Assembly: GCA_965206595.1 (NCBI GenBank)
Contig: OZ242214.1
Span: 6,752,001-6,816,000 of the forward strand
Length of the DNA stretch: 64,000 bases
Direction: 5' to 3'
Origin: Candidatus Latescibacterota bacterium
GTDB taxonomy: Bacteria; Latescibacterota; UBA2968; UBA8231
Shown here: piece after piece, positions 9,223 through 24,158 of the stretch
How positions within the stretch are numbered: the first letter of the stretch is position 1
How the letters are laid out: each line of letters opens with the position of its first letter
The notes under the pieces: generated by a model
Seen by the model: only the letters and a program-made list of their open reading frames with translations
What the model was told of the DNA's origin: nothing
Databases searched by the model: none
Made by a program: the position numbers and the translations under genes

Positions 9223-10233
9223 ATGAAACTCGGCGTGATTTCACAGAACCTGGAGCAGTTCGAGTTCGAGGAAGGTCTGCAGTACGCCAGGAACATGGGA
9301 TTCCAGGCAATAGAGGTGGGTGCCTGCGGACTTTGGGGCCGGGGGTACTGCGATCTCGCGAAGCTCCTCGCCGACAGGGGAGAGATCGAGCGCTGGCTCG
9401 ACGCCTTCGCCCGCCATGACCTCGAGATCAGCGCGCTCGGGGGACACGGGGCGCCGCTCATGCCCGACAAAGCGGTCGCCGGAAATTACTCCCGCGAGTT
9501 CCGGCAGACCTGCGAGCTCATGGAGCTGGCCGGCCTCCGGCGCATCACCTTGCTTGCCGGCCTTCCCGAAGGGGCCGAGGGGGATACCGCACCCAACTGG
9601 GTGACCTTCGCCGAGTGGCCTTTTTTGCGCGATACCCTCAAATGGCAGTGGGAGAAGCGGCTGCTCCCGTACTGGCGCGAGCACGGGAAGATCGCTGCGG
9701 ACCACGGGGTGACGCTCTGCTTCGAGATGCACGGCGGCGACATGGTCCACAACCCGGTGACACTGAAGCGGCTCCGCGAGGAGATCGGCCCTGTCGCAGC
9801 CTGCAACTTCGACATTTCGCACATGTGGTACCAGGGAATCGACCCGGTCGAGGCGCTGCATTTCCTGGGTCCCCTGGTCCAGCACGTCCACGCCAAGGAC
9901 ATCCTCGTCTCCCGGCACAACGCCCGGGTGCGCGGCATGATGGACGGCACCTCCTCCGAGCAGTTCGCGGACCGCTCCTGGACCTATACGCTGGCCGGCT
10001 GGGGCTATGACGAAGCGACCTGGCGCGAGTTCATTTCAACGCTGCGCCTCCTCGGCTACGATCACGCGATCTCGATCGAGATGGAAAGCGAGTACTTCGA
10101 GGTGGAAGAGGGCCTGGAAAAATCGGTGTCGTTTCTCAAGCCGCTCGTGATCGAGAGGCCGTCCGGCGCCAGGTGGTGGGAGATCGCCGGCATCGACGGG
10201 GCCGGCGGCCTGACGCAGAAAGGGGGAGACTGA
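9223..10233 (+). CDS. Sugar phosphate isomerase/epimerase (xylose-isomerase-like TIM barrel)
   Basis: 'CFEMHGG', 'NFDISH', 'HVHAKD', 'ISIEME'. Confidence 0.9.
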   Translation: MKLGVISQNLEQFEFEEGLQYARNMGFQAIEVGACGLWGRGYCDLAKLLADRGEIERWLDAFARHDLEISALGGHGAPLMPDKAVAGNYSREFRQTCELMELAGLRRITLLAGLPEGAEGDTAPNWVTFAEWPFLRDTLKWQWEKRLLPYWREHGKIAADHGVTLCFEMHGGDMVHNPVTLKRLREEIGPVAACNFDISHMWYQGIDPVEALHFLGPLVQHVHAKDILVSRHNARVRGMMDGTSSEQFADRSWTYTLAGWGYDEATWREFISTLRLLGYDHAISIEMESEYFEVEEGLEKSVSFLKPLVIERPSGARWWEIAGIDGAGGLTQKGGD

Positions 10234-10237
10234 CAGC

Positions 10238-10960
10238 ATGGCCGTGCATCTTCAGTGGGTTGGCCTCGCATGCTTTCATCTGAGGCAGGAGGAGGGTCCG
10301 ACCATCGCCATGGACCCCTACAATCCCGAGGTCGTTTCCGCGGCCTGTGGAATAGCCGATCCCGCCGTACTCGACTTCCGGCTGCAGGCGGACTTAGTCA
10401 TTGTCAGCTCGCTGACGGACGAGGGGCATTCACACGTCCAGGCTGTCGAGGGAGAGCCCCGGGTGATCGACGCCCTCGACGTCGCCCAGGGCCGGCGCCA
10501 GGTGCACATCGACGGAGAGCCGATGGTTGCCGTGCAGGCGGCCGAGGCACCTCACCACCCTGAAGGCCCGGACGACAACGCGCTCTACGCTTTCAAGGCC
10601 GGCGGCCTCTGGTTCCTGCACATGGGCGACCTGGGGTACGGGATCGGCGAAGACGAGCTCGCCCCCTTCGCCGGCCGCTGCGACGTGTTGCTGGCCCTTG
10701 TCGGCGAGAATCTGACCCTGCGGCTGGAGGAGCTCGATCCGATGATCGACTTCCTGAAGCCGGCATGGATCGTGCCCATGCACTACAACCTGCCGCCGCT
10801 CACCGCGGGGATGACCACGGTCGACGCGTTTCTCGAGCGCCGGCCCCGCGATCCCGTCATCTACCCGCGTCACCACACCGTGGGGTTTCCCCTGCCTGCG
10901 GTGGGGCCGGGCCGCCCCTCCATCGTCGTGCTGGAGCCCTCCGCCTATCAGCCTGTCTGA
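10238..10960 (+). CDS. MBL-fold metallo-hydrolase (divergent metal motif)
   Basis: 'WVGLACF', 'MDPY', 'HMGDLG', 'VPMHY'; the HxHxDH motif is altered to 'SSLTDEGH'. Confidence 0.8.
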   Translation: MAVHLQWVGLACFHLRQEEGPTIAMDPYNPEVVSAACGIADPAVLDFRLQADLVIVSSLTDEGHSHVQAVEGEPRVIDALDVAQGRRQVHIDGEPMVAVQAAEAPHHPEGPDDNALYAFKAGGLWFLHMGDLGYGIGEDELAPFAGRCDVLLALVGENLTLRLEELDPMIDFLKPAWIVPMHYNLPPLTAGMTTVDAFLERRPRDPVIYPRHHTVGFPLPAVGPGRPSIVVLEPSAYQPV

Positions 10961-11074
10961 AAAGAGGGAGTGCAACTCCTCACATCGAGAACGGCTTGGA
11001 ACCCCCGGCGCCAGCCCTGCGCAGTTCTCATGCAGTACTTGCCGCATCAGCATCCCCGGTTCACCTGAACTGTC

Positions 11075-11848
11075 TCAGGTGAACAGATCCCGGAAACGCC
11101 CCATGGCCTCGAGGTCGCCGGCTTCGGGAAACGCCTCCATGCCGATCACCCCTTCGTAACCCACCTCGCGCAGCACATCCGCGATTCGCCGGTAGTCGAT
11201 CTCCCCCGTACCGGGTTCATGCCGGCCCGGTACGTCCGCCACGTGCACGTAGCCGATGTATCCGCAGTAGTCGCGGATCGATTGGACGACGTTCCCCTCC
11301 TCGACCTGGATGTGGTAGATGTCGCACAACAACCGGATGCGCGGGCTGCCCACCTGTTCGATCAGCCGCACCACGTCTTCCGTGTGATTCAGGGGGTAGC
11401 CGGCATGGTCCACCTTGGTGTTCAGCTGTTCCAGGCTGTAGACGACACCGTGCTTTTCGGCCAGCTCCGCCATCCGGGACAGGCACTTGTACGCGGTGAT
11501 CCACATCGTGGCAGGATGTCCGGCGACGGCGTGAACCATTTGCCCCTGCGCGTCGAGCGCGCCGGTGGTGATGCTCAGGTTGCGGCACCCGAAACGTTCG
11601 GCAACGGCGAGGTTCTGCTTTGCCCCGGCGAGGTAGGCCTCGACTCCGTCCGGGTGAACCATGCTGCCCCCGACCCAGCCTGGCATGGCGCAGATTTCGA
11701 TATCCGGATCCCCGGCAATCGCGTCGATGGCGCTCTCCTCCCAGCCCCACAGGTCGACCCCGAATCCGGCCCGGGCGATGGCGCGCACGCGCTCCAGGAA
11801 AGACAGACTGCGCAACACGGTGCCTTCGCAAACCGACAGTCGGAACAT
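11075..11848 (-). CDS. Hydroxypyruvate isomerase-family TIM barrel
   Basis: 'LEQLNTKVDHAGY', 'DIYHIQVEEG', 'VHVADVPGRHEPGTGEIDY'. Confidence 0.85.
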   Translation of the reverse strand: MFRLSVCEGTVLRSLSFLERVRAIARAGFGVDLWGWEESAIDAIAGDPDIEICAMPGWVGGSMVHPDGVEAYLAGAKQNLAVAERFGCRNLSITTGALDAQGQMVHAVAGHPATMWITAYKCLSRMAELAEKHGVVYSLEQLNTKVDHAGYPLNHTEDVVRLIEQVGSPRIRLLCDIYHIQVEEGNVVQSIRDYCGYIGYVHVADVPGRHEPGTGEIDYRRIADVLREVGYEGVIGMEAFPEAGDLEAMGRFRDLFT

Positions 11849-11999
11849 TTCCCACCTTCTCAAGATTCGGACCAAGCTGCTGTCGCGGGACTCTCGCCCC
11901 GGCGCACAGATTAACTGGTTTGGATTGAAACCGCGATTCCCCCCCCCCCCCTCGAGATGCAGCGGCGGCCGAATTCACGCGGAATTGCGCGCGCGGGAA

Positions 12000-13991
12000 C
12001 TACACCCAGTAGAGGCCGTGGCCCTGGGCGCCCGTCACCAGGTCGACGGCAAGCCAGAAGGCGATGGCGGTGAACTGCCCGAGGATCAGCCCCAGGAAGA
12101 AGGGGCGCACCCGCAGCAGCAGGTTCGGTCCGCCGTAGCGGATCAGCGCCGCCTTCACCAGCCAGACGAGGAAGACGCTGAACCACATGTGACGGGTCAG
12201 CATCATCTGCGACACGGCCAGCCCCATCGGGTGGACGGGAAACGACAGCACGTGCCCCCGTACCCAGTAGAGGCCGAGCATGATCGCCCCGCCCAGACCC
12301 ATCAGGCCCAGCCCGGTCAGGTCGGGGCCTACGGGGGTGCGCAGGAAGTTGGCGGCGAAGTCGATGGTGTAGCGCGGGCCGTTCAGGAAGAACCAGGAGT
12401 TGGCGTTGTTGGCGCCTGACTGGTAGGCGTAGAAAAGGGTCGTCCAGACCGACACCCCCACCCCCAGCAGCACCGCGATGATCATGCTCCAGAGGACGAC
12501 CCCCTTGCGGGCGACCGACTCGGTCACCTTCAGGCCGTTGGCCGCCGAGGCCATGACGAAGGTGCGCACGTCGCTCATCCAGACCTGTCCCATGGCGATC
12601 ACTCCCACCGCCCCGGGCCCTCCCAGCACGGAAGTGCCGTAGATGGTGCGCACGACAGTGGGGGTGATCAGCTGGGCCCGCGTCGCCGCCAGGCCCGACT
12701 CGCAGAGGATGCGGGTGATGCCGAGGAAGGTGGCTGCGGCGACCAGCACGAAGGTCGCCGACGCCCACCAGGGCACCCCCGCGGCGATGAACCACCCCGT
12801 CATCAGCACCAGGCCGAGGATCAGCTGTGCGTACACCTTGCGCATGGAGAATTCGCCGCTGCCGCTCCCTTCGCCGTCGACGGCCGCCCTCCAGCTCTTC
12901 CGCAGGTACTGCCGCGCCGTCCACAGGGTGTAGCCCGTGAGCGCCATCAGGGCGCCGAACTGCATGTAGGAGAGGATTGGACCGCCGTCGCTCTGGGCGT
13001 AGATGTCGAGGTTGAGGCTTCGCGACAGGCCGATGTAGGTGAAGTACCCCTTGAGGGCGTACCCGAGCAGGTAGAACAGCCAGATGCTCAGGGTCACCTC
13101 CTGGGGGGTCAGGTAGGCGAAACCCATCATGGGAAAGCTGACGTTGACGGAGAGGTGCTCGAGGCTCCGCAGAACCGGGATGCCCGCCGACAGGCTCACT
13201 CCCGGGATGTAGTTGAAGTAGGCGTGCAGTCCGTTCATGGAGGTGATGAGGAAGGGCACGGCGAACCCCGACCACATCACCGGGTTGCGGAGAAAGCGGT
13301 TCAGCGCCCTGCCCGGCTCCTGCGAGCAGATCACCAGCGGCAGCTGTGCCAGGGGGTAAGCAAGGCGCTCGTGTTCCATCCACTGGCGGCGGAACAGCAC
13401 CGCCAGGGAGATCATCACCAGGTAGAGTCCGAGAAGGACCGGAACCCACCCCAGCAGGGGCTTGATCCACGCCATCCAGGGAACCGGCTCGCCCCGGGCA
13501 ACCCCCTCGTAGAAAGCGCGGATCGCCTCCTCTCCCTGCGGCACCAGCCAGTGCGGCACATGGGGATGGATGTCCTGGGCCCACTCGTTCTCCGGGGTCG
13601 CCAGGTAGGAGATCGCCGGCAGGATCGGGACCAGGTACAGGGTCAGTCCCATGGTGCAGATCGAGCAGGCGATGGCCGCCATCAGGTAGGTGATCGACAG
13701 CTCTCCCGCGGACAGCGACAGGCCGGGGAGCAGGCGCCGCAGCGCCGCGTTGACGAACAGGGCGGCGACGAAAAGCAGGAAGATGGCCGCGGCGGTGGTG
13801 AAGTCGATGGTCATGTAGGAGCCGCGCACGACCAGGCAGTTGTAGGGCCCCCAGAAGGCGACCGCGGCGCTCATCACCGAGCCGGCCAGCAGCGCCCGCG
13901 CCGGACGCACGTACCCCGGGTTTTCCGCGTTGTCGGGGGAGTGGGGGCTGAAATCGGCCTTGCCGCTGGGATGGATGGGATTCGTCATCAC
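12000..13991 (-). CDS. Polytopic membrane protein (DUF6785/DUF6784-like putative transporter)
   Basis: Many TM helices; 'RRQWMEHERLAYPL', 'PVHPMG', 'IRYGG...RPFFLGLILG'. Confidence 0.75.
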   Translation of the reverse strand: MMTNPIHPSGKADFSPHSPDNAENPGYVRPARALLAGSVMSAAVAFWGPYNCLVVRGSYMTIDFTTAAAIFLLFVAALFVNAALRRLLPGLSLSAGELSITYLMAAIACSICTMGLTLYLVPILPAISYLATPENEWAQDIHPHVPHWLVPQGEEAIRAFYEGVARGEPVPWMAWIKPLLGWVPVLLGLYLVMISLAVLFRRQWMEHERLAYPLAQLPLVICSQEPGRALNRFLRNPVMWSGFAVPFLITSMNGLHAYFNYIPGVSLSAGIPVLRSLEHLSVNVSFPMMGFAYLTPQEVTLSIWLFYLLGYALKGYFTYIGLSRSLNLDIYAQSDGGPILSYMQFGALMALTGYTLWTARQYLRKSWRAAVDGEGSGSGEFSMRKVYAQLILGLVLMTGWFIAAGVPWWASATFVLVAAATFLGITRILCESGLAATRAQLITPTVVRTIYGTSVLGGPGAVGVIAMGQVWMSDVRTFVMASAANGLKVTESVARKGVVLWSMIIAVLLGVGVSVWTTLFYAYQSGANNANSWFFLNGPRYTIDFAANFLRTPVGPDLTGLGLMGLGGAIMLGLYWVRGHVLSFPVHPMGLAVSQMMLTRHMWFSVFLVWLVKAALIRYGGPNLLLRVRPFFLGLILGQFTAIAFWLAVDLVTGAQGHGLYWV

Positions 13992-14256
13992 TGATGCATC
14001 AGGTATGAGATTGCCTGCCGCCGCTTCCGGCGTCCACTATGACGATCGAAAGGGCCCTGTCTCGCACACCGGGCGAGGGCACGCGCATGTGCGCGGGCCT
14101 CCCCTCTTCCGGGGCGGCCTTGCACGGATCTCCCATTTTTTTCGACATGGCAATAAAAAGGGGAATGAACGGCCAATCCGCGTTGTCCAATCGCGTGAAA
14201 GCTGAACAACGGCACGGAATCAGCCGCGCCGAAACCCACACGATTGGAGGAACGCC

Positions 14257-14664
14257 ATGAAGGCCATCACACCCATCGCCGCCGCCGCCGTCCTGATCCT
14301 GGGGACGCTTCCGGCCACCGCCGACTCGGAGACCGAAGACAAGGAGACCCGGCGCGGGAAAGGGCACGCCGCCCTGTCCGAGGAACTGGACCTCAACGAA
14401 GAGCAGAAGACGCAGGTGGAAGCGATCCTGGGAGCCCAGAAGGAGAAGCGCAGGGAGCTCTTCGCCGAGCACCGCGAGACCCGGCGCGAAGGGCGGGAGC
14501 AGATGAAGGCGCTGCGCGAGGAGACCCAGGCGCAACTGAAAGAGGTGTTGAGCGAGGAGCAGTTCGAGCGCCTGCAGGAAATGCGCGAAGAGCGACGGGA
14601 CCGCCCCGGCAAGCGAAGCGGCGGGGGGCACGGAGGCGAGCGCGGCAGGGGCCGGCACCACTAG
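14257..14664 (+). CDS. Secreted Spy/CpxP-like protein
   Basis: Signal peptide, RBS ggagg, and 'LDLNEEQ' / 'VLSEEQ' LTxxQ-type motifs. Confidence 0.75.
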   Translation: MKAITPIAAAAVLILGTLPATADSETEDKETRRGKGHAALSEELDLNEEQKTQVEAILGAQKEKRRELFAEHRETRREGREQMKALREETQAQLKEVLSEEQFERLQEMREERRDRPGKRSGGGHGGERGRGRHH

Positions 14665-14686
14665 GCCCGGGGGCATCGGCAAACGT

Positions 14687-14726
14687 GGCGGCGCCGGTTC
14701 AACGGATCGGCGCCGCCCCTTCTTTT
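14687..14726 (+). terminator. Rho-independent terminator
   Basis: 10-bp stem ggcggcgccg/cggcgccgcc followed by ccttctttt, just after the 14664 stop. Confidence 0.6.
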
Positions 14727-14829
14727 GTGGAAGCCCTCCCTCCGGGTCCGGCGTCGGCAAACCGGACCCCCTCCGGCACAGGAGAAGCCAACCCGGACTG
14801 CGTTACTCCGAAGCCTCTCGAACACGACC

Positions 14830-15861
14830 CTACATGTACCGTTCGTCGAGAATCCGCTTCAGCACAGGCTCGAGCGCGTTCGCCATGCGGCTGGCGCCCA
14901 AGTCGTTCGCGTGCGACCCGTCGTTGGTGCCGTCGCCGTCGATCCCCAACAGCCCTTCCCCCTCGATATAGTGAAATGGGCCCGCAGACTCGGTGAGCAA
15001 CTCGGCGAATGCGAGCTTCAGCGAGCGGCGGCGGTCGATGTTTTCCTGCCTGCTGCCCGGGGTTATCCAGCCGGCCGGGTAGCCCCTGTCCTCGACGAGA
15101 ACGATCGGAGTCCGGGGATGGGCCCCGCGGATGATCCGGACGAACTCCCTGGCAAAGCCGTCGATCCGCTCCGCCGGCATGTTGGGAAGCGGATCGAGGA
15201 CGTAGGCCACCACATCCAGTTCCGCCAGGAACCGGGCGACCTCCGGCTCCATGATGGCGTTGCCGGAGAATCCCAGGTTGAGGATGGGATAATCGAGACG
15301 GCGTCCGAGGATGGCCGCATGAGTCATGCCGGGGCGGGAGGCGCCGGCGCCGTGGACGATGGAGGTCCCGTAGTAAGCGATCGGCCGCTCCGGACGGGGC
15401 GCTACCGTCGCGATCGACGCGGTTGCCGGCACGCCGATTTCGAGAGAGGTCACCGCGTTGTATACGGGCAGATAGAGACGGAACTCGTGAGGGTCGCCGT
15501 CGAGGTTCCCGTACGGATTGAGTATGGATTCGGCGTGCTCGGAGATCGCCGGGGCCTGCCCGACCCAGCGCCAGCTTCCCTCGGGGGTTTTCGCATACAG
15601 ATCCAGGCCGCTGTGCGCGTAGATCGGCGTGTGGTTGGCGCTGAAGACGGGATCTTTCAGGGACCACCGCGCCCGGATGGCGGTTGCGTTCGATGAAAAC
15701 CGCACCGTGATCCCGGTAGTATGGCGGCTCAGGTCCCAGATCTCCGGGCGCACGATGGCTTCCGCCCGCGCCGGGAGCCGGTTGAAGAACTCCTTCGTAT
15801 CCTCCCAACCGCGTCCCTCGACGCAGAGCTCGCGCGCATCCATCCACTTCCACTGACTCAT
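14830..15861 (-). CDS. SGNH/GDSL hydrolase with N-terminal domain
   Basis: 'YYGTSIVHG', 'NLGFSGN', 'DGSHANDLG'. Confidence 0.9.
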   Translation of the reverse strand: MSQWKWMDARELCVEGRGWEDTKEFFNRLPARAEAIVRPEIWDLSRHTTGITVRFSSNATAIRARWSLKDPVFSANHTPIYAHSGLDLYAKTPEGSWRWVGQAPAISEHAESILNPYGNLDGDPHEFRLYLPVYNAVTSLEIGVPATASIATVAPRPERPIAYYGTSIVHGAGASRPGMTHAAILGRRLDYPILNLGFSGNAIMEPEVARFLAELDVVAYVLDPLPNMPAERIDGFAREFVRIIRGAHPRTPIVLVEDRGYPAGWITPGSRQENIDRRRSLKLAFAELLTESAGPFHYIEGEGLLGIDGDGTNDGSHANDLGASRMANALEPVLKRILDERYM

Positions 15862-15908
15862 GGTTTGCCCCCCTGTTACGTCAGAAACCTGCAACTATGC
15901 CGTGCGCC

Positions 15909-15955
15909 GGTGCCCGGGGCAAGGGTGCCCCCGGGGCAAGGGTGCCCGGGGCAAG
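15909..15955. repeat. Three tandem 15-17-bp repeats ggtgccc(cc)ggggcaag
   Basis: Directly visible in the intergenic region between uxuA and the SGNH gene. Confidence 0.75.
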
Positions 15956-15973
15956 GGACCCTGCCCGCCTTCG

Positions 15974-16951
15974 TCACCCTGCGTACACCGCCTCGCGCAG
16001 CCCCTTGATATAGCCGATGGCGAACAGGCGCCCGATCGACGAGTAGCCCGGGCTGTCGTTCCGGTCCCCTTCCATGGTCGGCACGTGGTCGGGGCGCAGG
16101 ACCCCCTCGAAGCCGATGTCGCGGTAGGCTTCCATGCAGGCGCGCATGTCGGTCTGACCTTCGTCGTGGAAGGTCTCGACGAATTTTTCGGGCGTGCCGC
16201 GCACGTCGCGGAAGTGGACGAAATGGATGCGCTCCCCGAAGTGGCGGATGACTCCGGGCAGGTCGTCGGTCATCAGGGTGAAGTTGCCCTGGCACAGGCA
16301 GATGCCGTTGGCCGAACTCGGCACCAGGTCGAGGAGCTTCTGGTAGTTCTCGACGCTGCGCATGATCCGCCCCATGCCGCGCAGCGGGGACAGCGGCGGA
16401 TCGTCGGGGTGCATGGCGAGCCGGACCCCGGCTTCCTCGGCGACCGGCACGACCTTTTCCAGGAAGTATTTCAGGTTGTCCCAGAGCTGCTCCTCGGTGA
16501 CGACGCCGGCGTCGGTCAGGGGCGCGTTCTTCATCAGCTCGTTGTCGAAGCCGGTGACCATGGCGCCGCCTCGTCCTGGAGCCGCCATCGACGTTCGGGT
16601 CCAGTTGAGCACCGGCATCCACTCCGTGCACCAGACCGGAATGCCGAGCTTGCCCATGTTGCGGATGAGCTCGCAGGCGTACCCGATCTCCTCGTCCCGG
16701 TCCGAAAGACCCAGCTTCGCCTTGTCGAGGGGCGGGCGGCTCTCGATGACGTCGAGGGAGAAGCCGCCGTCGTTGAAGGCGGTCTTCATTCTCACGAGGT
16801 TGGTGTAGCTCCAGGGCCGCTGCTCGGGGTGGACCCCGGCGCCATCCCCGGGGATGGCGAAGCTGCCGACCACGTGGTCGACGCCGCATTGCTTTGCCAT
16901 CCTCCAGAGCGGCGTCGGGTGGGCGGGCAGGACTTCGGCGATCTCGATCAT
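15974..16951 (-). CDS. uxuA: Mannonate dehydratase family
   Basis: 'LWDNLKYFL...VRLAMHPDDPP', 'HFVHFRDV', 'LRPDHVP', 'GRLFAIGYIKGL'. Confidence 0.85.
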   Translation of the reverse strand: MIEIAEVLPAHPTPLWRMAKQCGVDHVVGSFAIPGDGAGVHPEQRPWSYTNLVRMKTAFNDGGFSLDVIESRPPLDKAKLGLSDRDEEIGYACELIRNMGKLGIPVWCTEWMPVLNWTRTSMAAPGRGGAMVTGFDNELMKNAPLTDAGVVTEEQLWDNLKYFLEKVVPVAEEAGVRLAMHPDDPPLSPLRGMGRIMRSVENYQKLLDLVPSSANGICLCQGNFTLMTDDLPGVIRHFGERIHFVHFRDVRGTPEKFVETFHDEGQTDMRACMEAYRDIGFEGVLRPDHVPTMEGDRNDSPGYSSIGRLFAIGYIKGLREAVYAG

Positions 16952-17163
16952 CTCGTTTCTCCTCGAATCGATGTCCCGTGAATGTACCGGAAAAAGCGGA
17001 AGGCAGTCGGGCGGCGTGCCCGCGATTCAGAAGATCGGAATCGAGCAGCCGCCAAGGCCTTCTTCGAACGCTTCCCCGGCACCCGCGTACCGGCCTGGAC
17101 CGGGCAAACCTCCATCCGGCGCGCCATCGAGCCGGATACCGGCCATCCACTTCGAGACAGCTG

Positions 17164-17797
17164 TCAGTCCTCGTCGATTTCCTTGATCAGCGCCGACAAC
17201 CGATTCAGGCAGACGGTCAGGAAAATCTCTTCGACAGCGGGGGAAGCATCCCTGGGGGGACTGTTGATGAAGTTGCCGATGGCGATGAGGACCACGTACA
17301 CCGAAAGCACACCGTACGCCTGGTCCCCGGTGGCCCTCAGTCCGTCGCGCACGGTGCGCGTTATCTGCCGCATGGACTCGACAAAGGCCTCGGACCTTTC
17401 CTCTTCGTAAGCTGCGGCTGCCTCGCCGCACAGGTCCTTCAGCCGCGTGCGGTATTCCGCTTCGATGCAGCGGGCTTCCCCCAGGGAGGCGGTGGCCCGC
17501 CGCAGCAGGCGGGTAATGGCGGCGACCCGGTCGGTATCCTCGCGCGACAGCAGGCGGTAGAACTGATCGCCGGCGCCCAGTGCCCGGCAGACCCCGTTGA
17601 GCAGCTGCAGGCGCACCGCCTCGGAGGAGAAGTCGGTAAGGCGGGCAAGCGCCGGTTTGACTATACGGCGATCCTGGCGATCCCCGAGGACGTCGACCAG
17701 GGTCGGAAAGGTCAGGGGGTCGTCCTGCGCGGGCTTCCGCTGCTGGTTCCCTTCCTGGTCCCGGAGCAGAGTACCGGCTCGCGGCCCTGGTCTCCAT
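17164..17797 (-). pseudogene. Helical (HEAT-like) hypothetical protein; start uncertain, possibly frameshifted near 17730
   Basis: Protein-like segment DDPLTFPTLVDVLG...IKEIDED lacks a nearby in-frame start; the nearest plausible ATG (17797) is in another frame. Confidence 0.4.
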
Positions 17798-17995
17798 GGT
17801 TTCCGGTTTCGCGGTCGGCCAGTTTCTCGATCTCTTTCCCGGAAAAATCGGCTTTTCCTGGGTTTTTGCGGCCGGGGCGGTCTTCGGGTTCCGCATCGCC
17901 GTGGTGCGTTATTTCGATTGGGTGCGTTATATAGTGACTGCGCCCGGTCCCGGGCGCAGGTACAGAATCGACCGCCATTACCGGAGGATCTTCCG

Positions 17996-19579
17996 ATGAC
18001 CGACAGCAACAGCGACAGCGACAGCAAGGACCCCAGACGACGCCCGCCACGCATCCGCCTCAACTCCGGCGCCTGGAGCCCCCTGGTCGACATGATCGAC
18101 GTCTTCCCCGGGCACCGCGGCTCCAGCCGCCATGGCGAGATCGAGCTCTACGACGCCCCGCTGGGGATCCGCTTCGAGATCGAGGAGGCGCTCAAGTCCG
18201 AGCCGATCCTGCAGGCGGAGAAGGAGTGGGAGGGCATTCACCTCTCGCCGCTCTACGTCTGGAAGCGGGACGGGCGCCTCCACATGCTCTACGGCAGCGA
18301 GGCGGGCCAGTGTTACGCGGTCAGCGACGATGCCTACAACTGGACGCGGCCCGAGCTCGACGAGGTCGAGTTCAGCGGCTCGACCGCGAACAACCTGATC
18401 TCCAGCCCGTGCGAAGGCACCACTGGGATCTTCGAGGATCCGAGCGCCCCTCCCGAGGAGCGCTTCAAGGCGATGGGGGGCCGCATGTACTGGTGCGACC
18501 CGGAGACCGGGGAGGAGCTCTCCGGAGAGGAACCCTCCCGGCGCATCAAGGCGGAGCAGGAGCAGGCGGATTACGCAGGTCCCAGGGCGGAAATCGCCGG
18601 CGACATGCTCGCCTGGACCTCACCCGACGGCCTGCACTGGACGCCGCTGGCCGAGCCGCTGGCGAGGCGACCCGTCAACGGCGGCATATCGGCGCGTTAC
18701 GACGAGCACCGCGGCAACTACTTCGCTTACATCCAGCTGATGGGGTACCCGGCCGGACTCCTCGACGGCATCGGCGTCAACCGGCTCGAGCAGGGGATGC
18801 AGATCCGCACCATCGGCTTCTCGCGCACCGACGACTTCACCCGCTGGCCCGCTCCCAAGCTGGTCCATCACCCCGACAGCGAGGATCCGCCCGACATCAG
18901 CTTCTACGGGGCAAACTACTTCCCGTACCCGGGCCGCGACGACCTGCACGGCATGCTCATCCCGGTCTACCACCAGATCGCCAGCACCATCGACGGCCAG
19001 ATCGCCTTCAGCCGCGACGGCCTCTACTGGTCCCGCCCCGAGCGCCGGCCGATCCTGCCGCTGGGCGCCGAGGGGGACGGCGACGAATGCATGGCCCACT
19101 TCTGGCGCAGCGGCATCGTCGAGCTGCCCGACGGGTACTGGGCCTGTCCGTACGCGGCCTTCTCGGTCATCCACGACTGCCCTGAAGCGAAGTTGCCCGA
19201 GCTCTTCCCGTCGCGGCAGCCGCAGCAGATCCGCTGGGCGCGCTGGCGCCCGCACCGGTTCTGCGGGATCCGCGCCGAGACCGAAGGCAGCTTCTCCCTG
19301 CCTTCCCTGTTCCGCGTCCACGACGAGCTGCGCCTCAACTACCGCTGCGAACCGGGGGGCTGGATTCAGATCGAACTGCTCGAGAAGCTGCCGTCGCTGA
19401 TGCTCCCCGACGCCGACCCGCTGCCGGGGTTCACCTTCGACGAGTGCGACCGCCTGACGGGCGACTGCGAGGACCGGGTGGTGACTTGGAACGGCCGTTC
19501 CGACATCTCCGCGGCCGGCGAGGCGGTCGGCATCCGGGCGCGCATGCTCGGGGCCAAGCTGTTCGCCTACCGGGTGTGA
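17996..19579 (+). CDS. Beta-propeller glycoside-hydrolase-like protein
   Basis: RBS ggagg; repeated Asp-box-like motifs 'SDDAYNW', 'SPDGLHW', 'SRDGLYW'. Confidence 0.7.
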   Translation: MTDSNSDSDSKDPRRRPPRIRLNSGAWSPLVDMIDVFPGHRGSSRHGEIELYDAPLGIRFEIEEALKSEPILQAEKEWEGIHLSPLYVWKRDGRLHMLYGSEAGQCYAVSDDAYNWTRPELDEVEFSGSTANNLISSPCEGTTGIFEDPSAPPEERFKAMGGRMYWCDPETGEELSGEEPSRRIKAEQEQADYAGPRAEIAGDMLAWTSPDGLHWTPLAEPLARRPVNGGISARYDEHRGNYFAYIQLMGYPAGLLDGIGVNRLEQGMQIRTIGFSRTDDFTRWPAPKLVHHPDSEDPPDISFYGANYFPYPGRDDLHGMLIPVYHQIASTIDGQIAFSRDGLYWSRPERRPILPLGAEGDGDECMAHFWRSGIVELPDGYWACPYAAFSVIHDCPEAKLPELFPSRQPQQIRWARWRPHRFCGIRAETEGSFSLPSLFRVHDELRLNYRCEPGGWIQIELLEKLPSLMLPDADPLPGFTFDECDRLTGDCEDRVVTWNGRSDISAAGEAVGIRARMLGAKLFAYRV

Positions 19580-19730
19580 CGGACCAGTTGGCCCGTGTTG
19601 TTGGCTGATGGAACGTAATGGGCACTTCGCCCACGCTCCCTGACTTCAACGAGGCCTTTCGTTCCCCAGGGGGGGCGTATGAGCCTGCGACAAGGGTGGA
19701 TCCCTGGGTGCCGTCGGCGTCGAAATACTC

Positions 19731-24158
<4,428 letters not shown>

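Noticed and set aside
17597-17995. N-terminal extension of the 660-aa ORF
   Set aside because: It overlaps the opposite-strand gene and divergent promoter region; an RBS-supported ATG lies at 17996.
19640-19680. acttcaacgaggcc...ccccagggggggcg as an extra repeat, or a repeat of another CRISPR type
   Set aside because: Single copy, poor alignment and wrong spacing relative to the array; cannot be supported.
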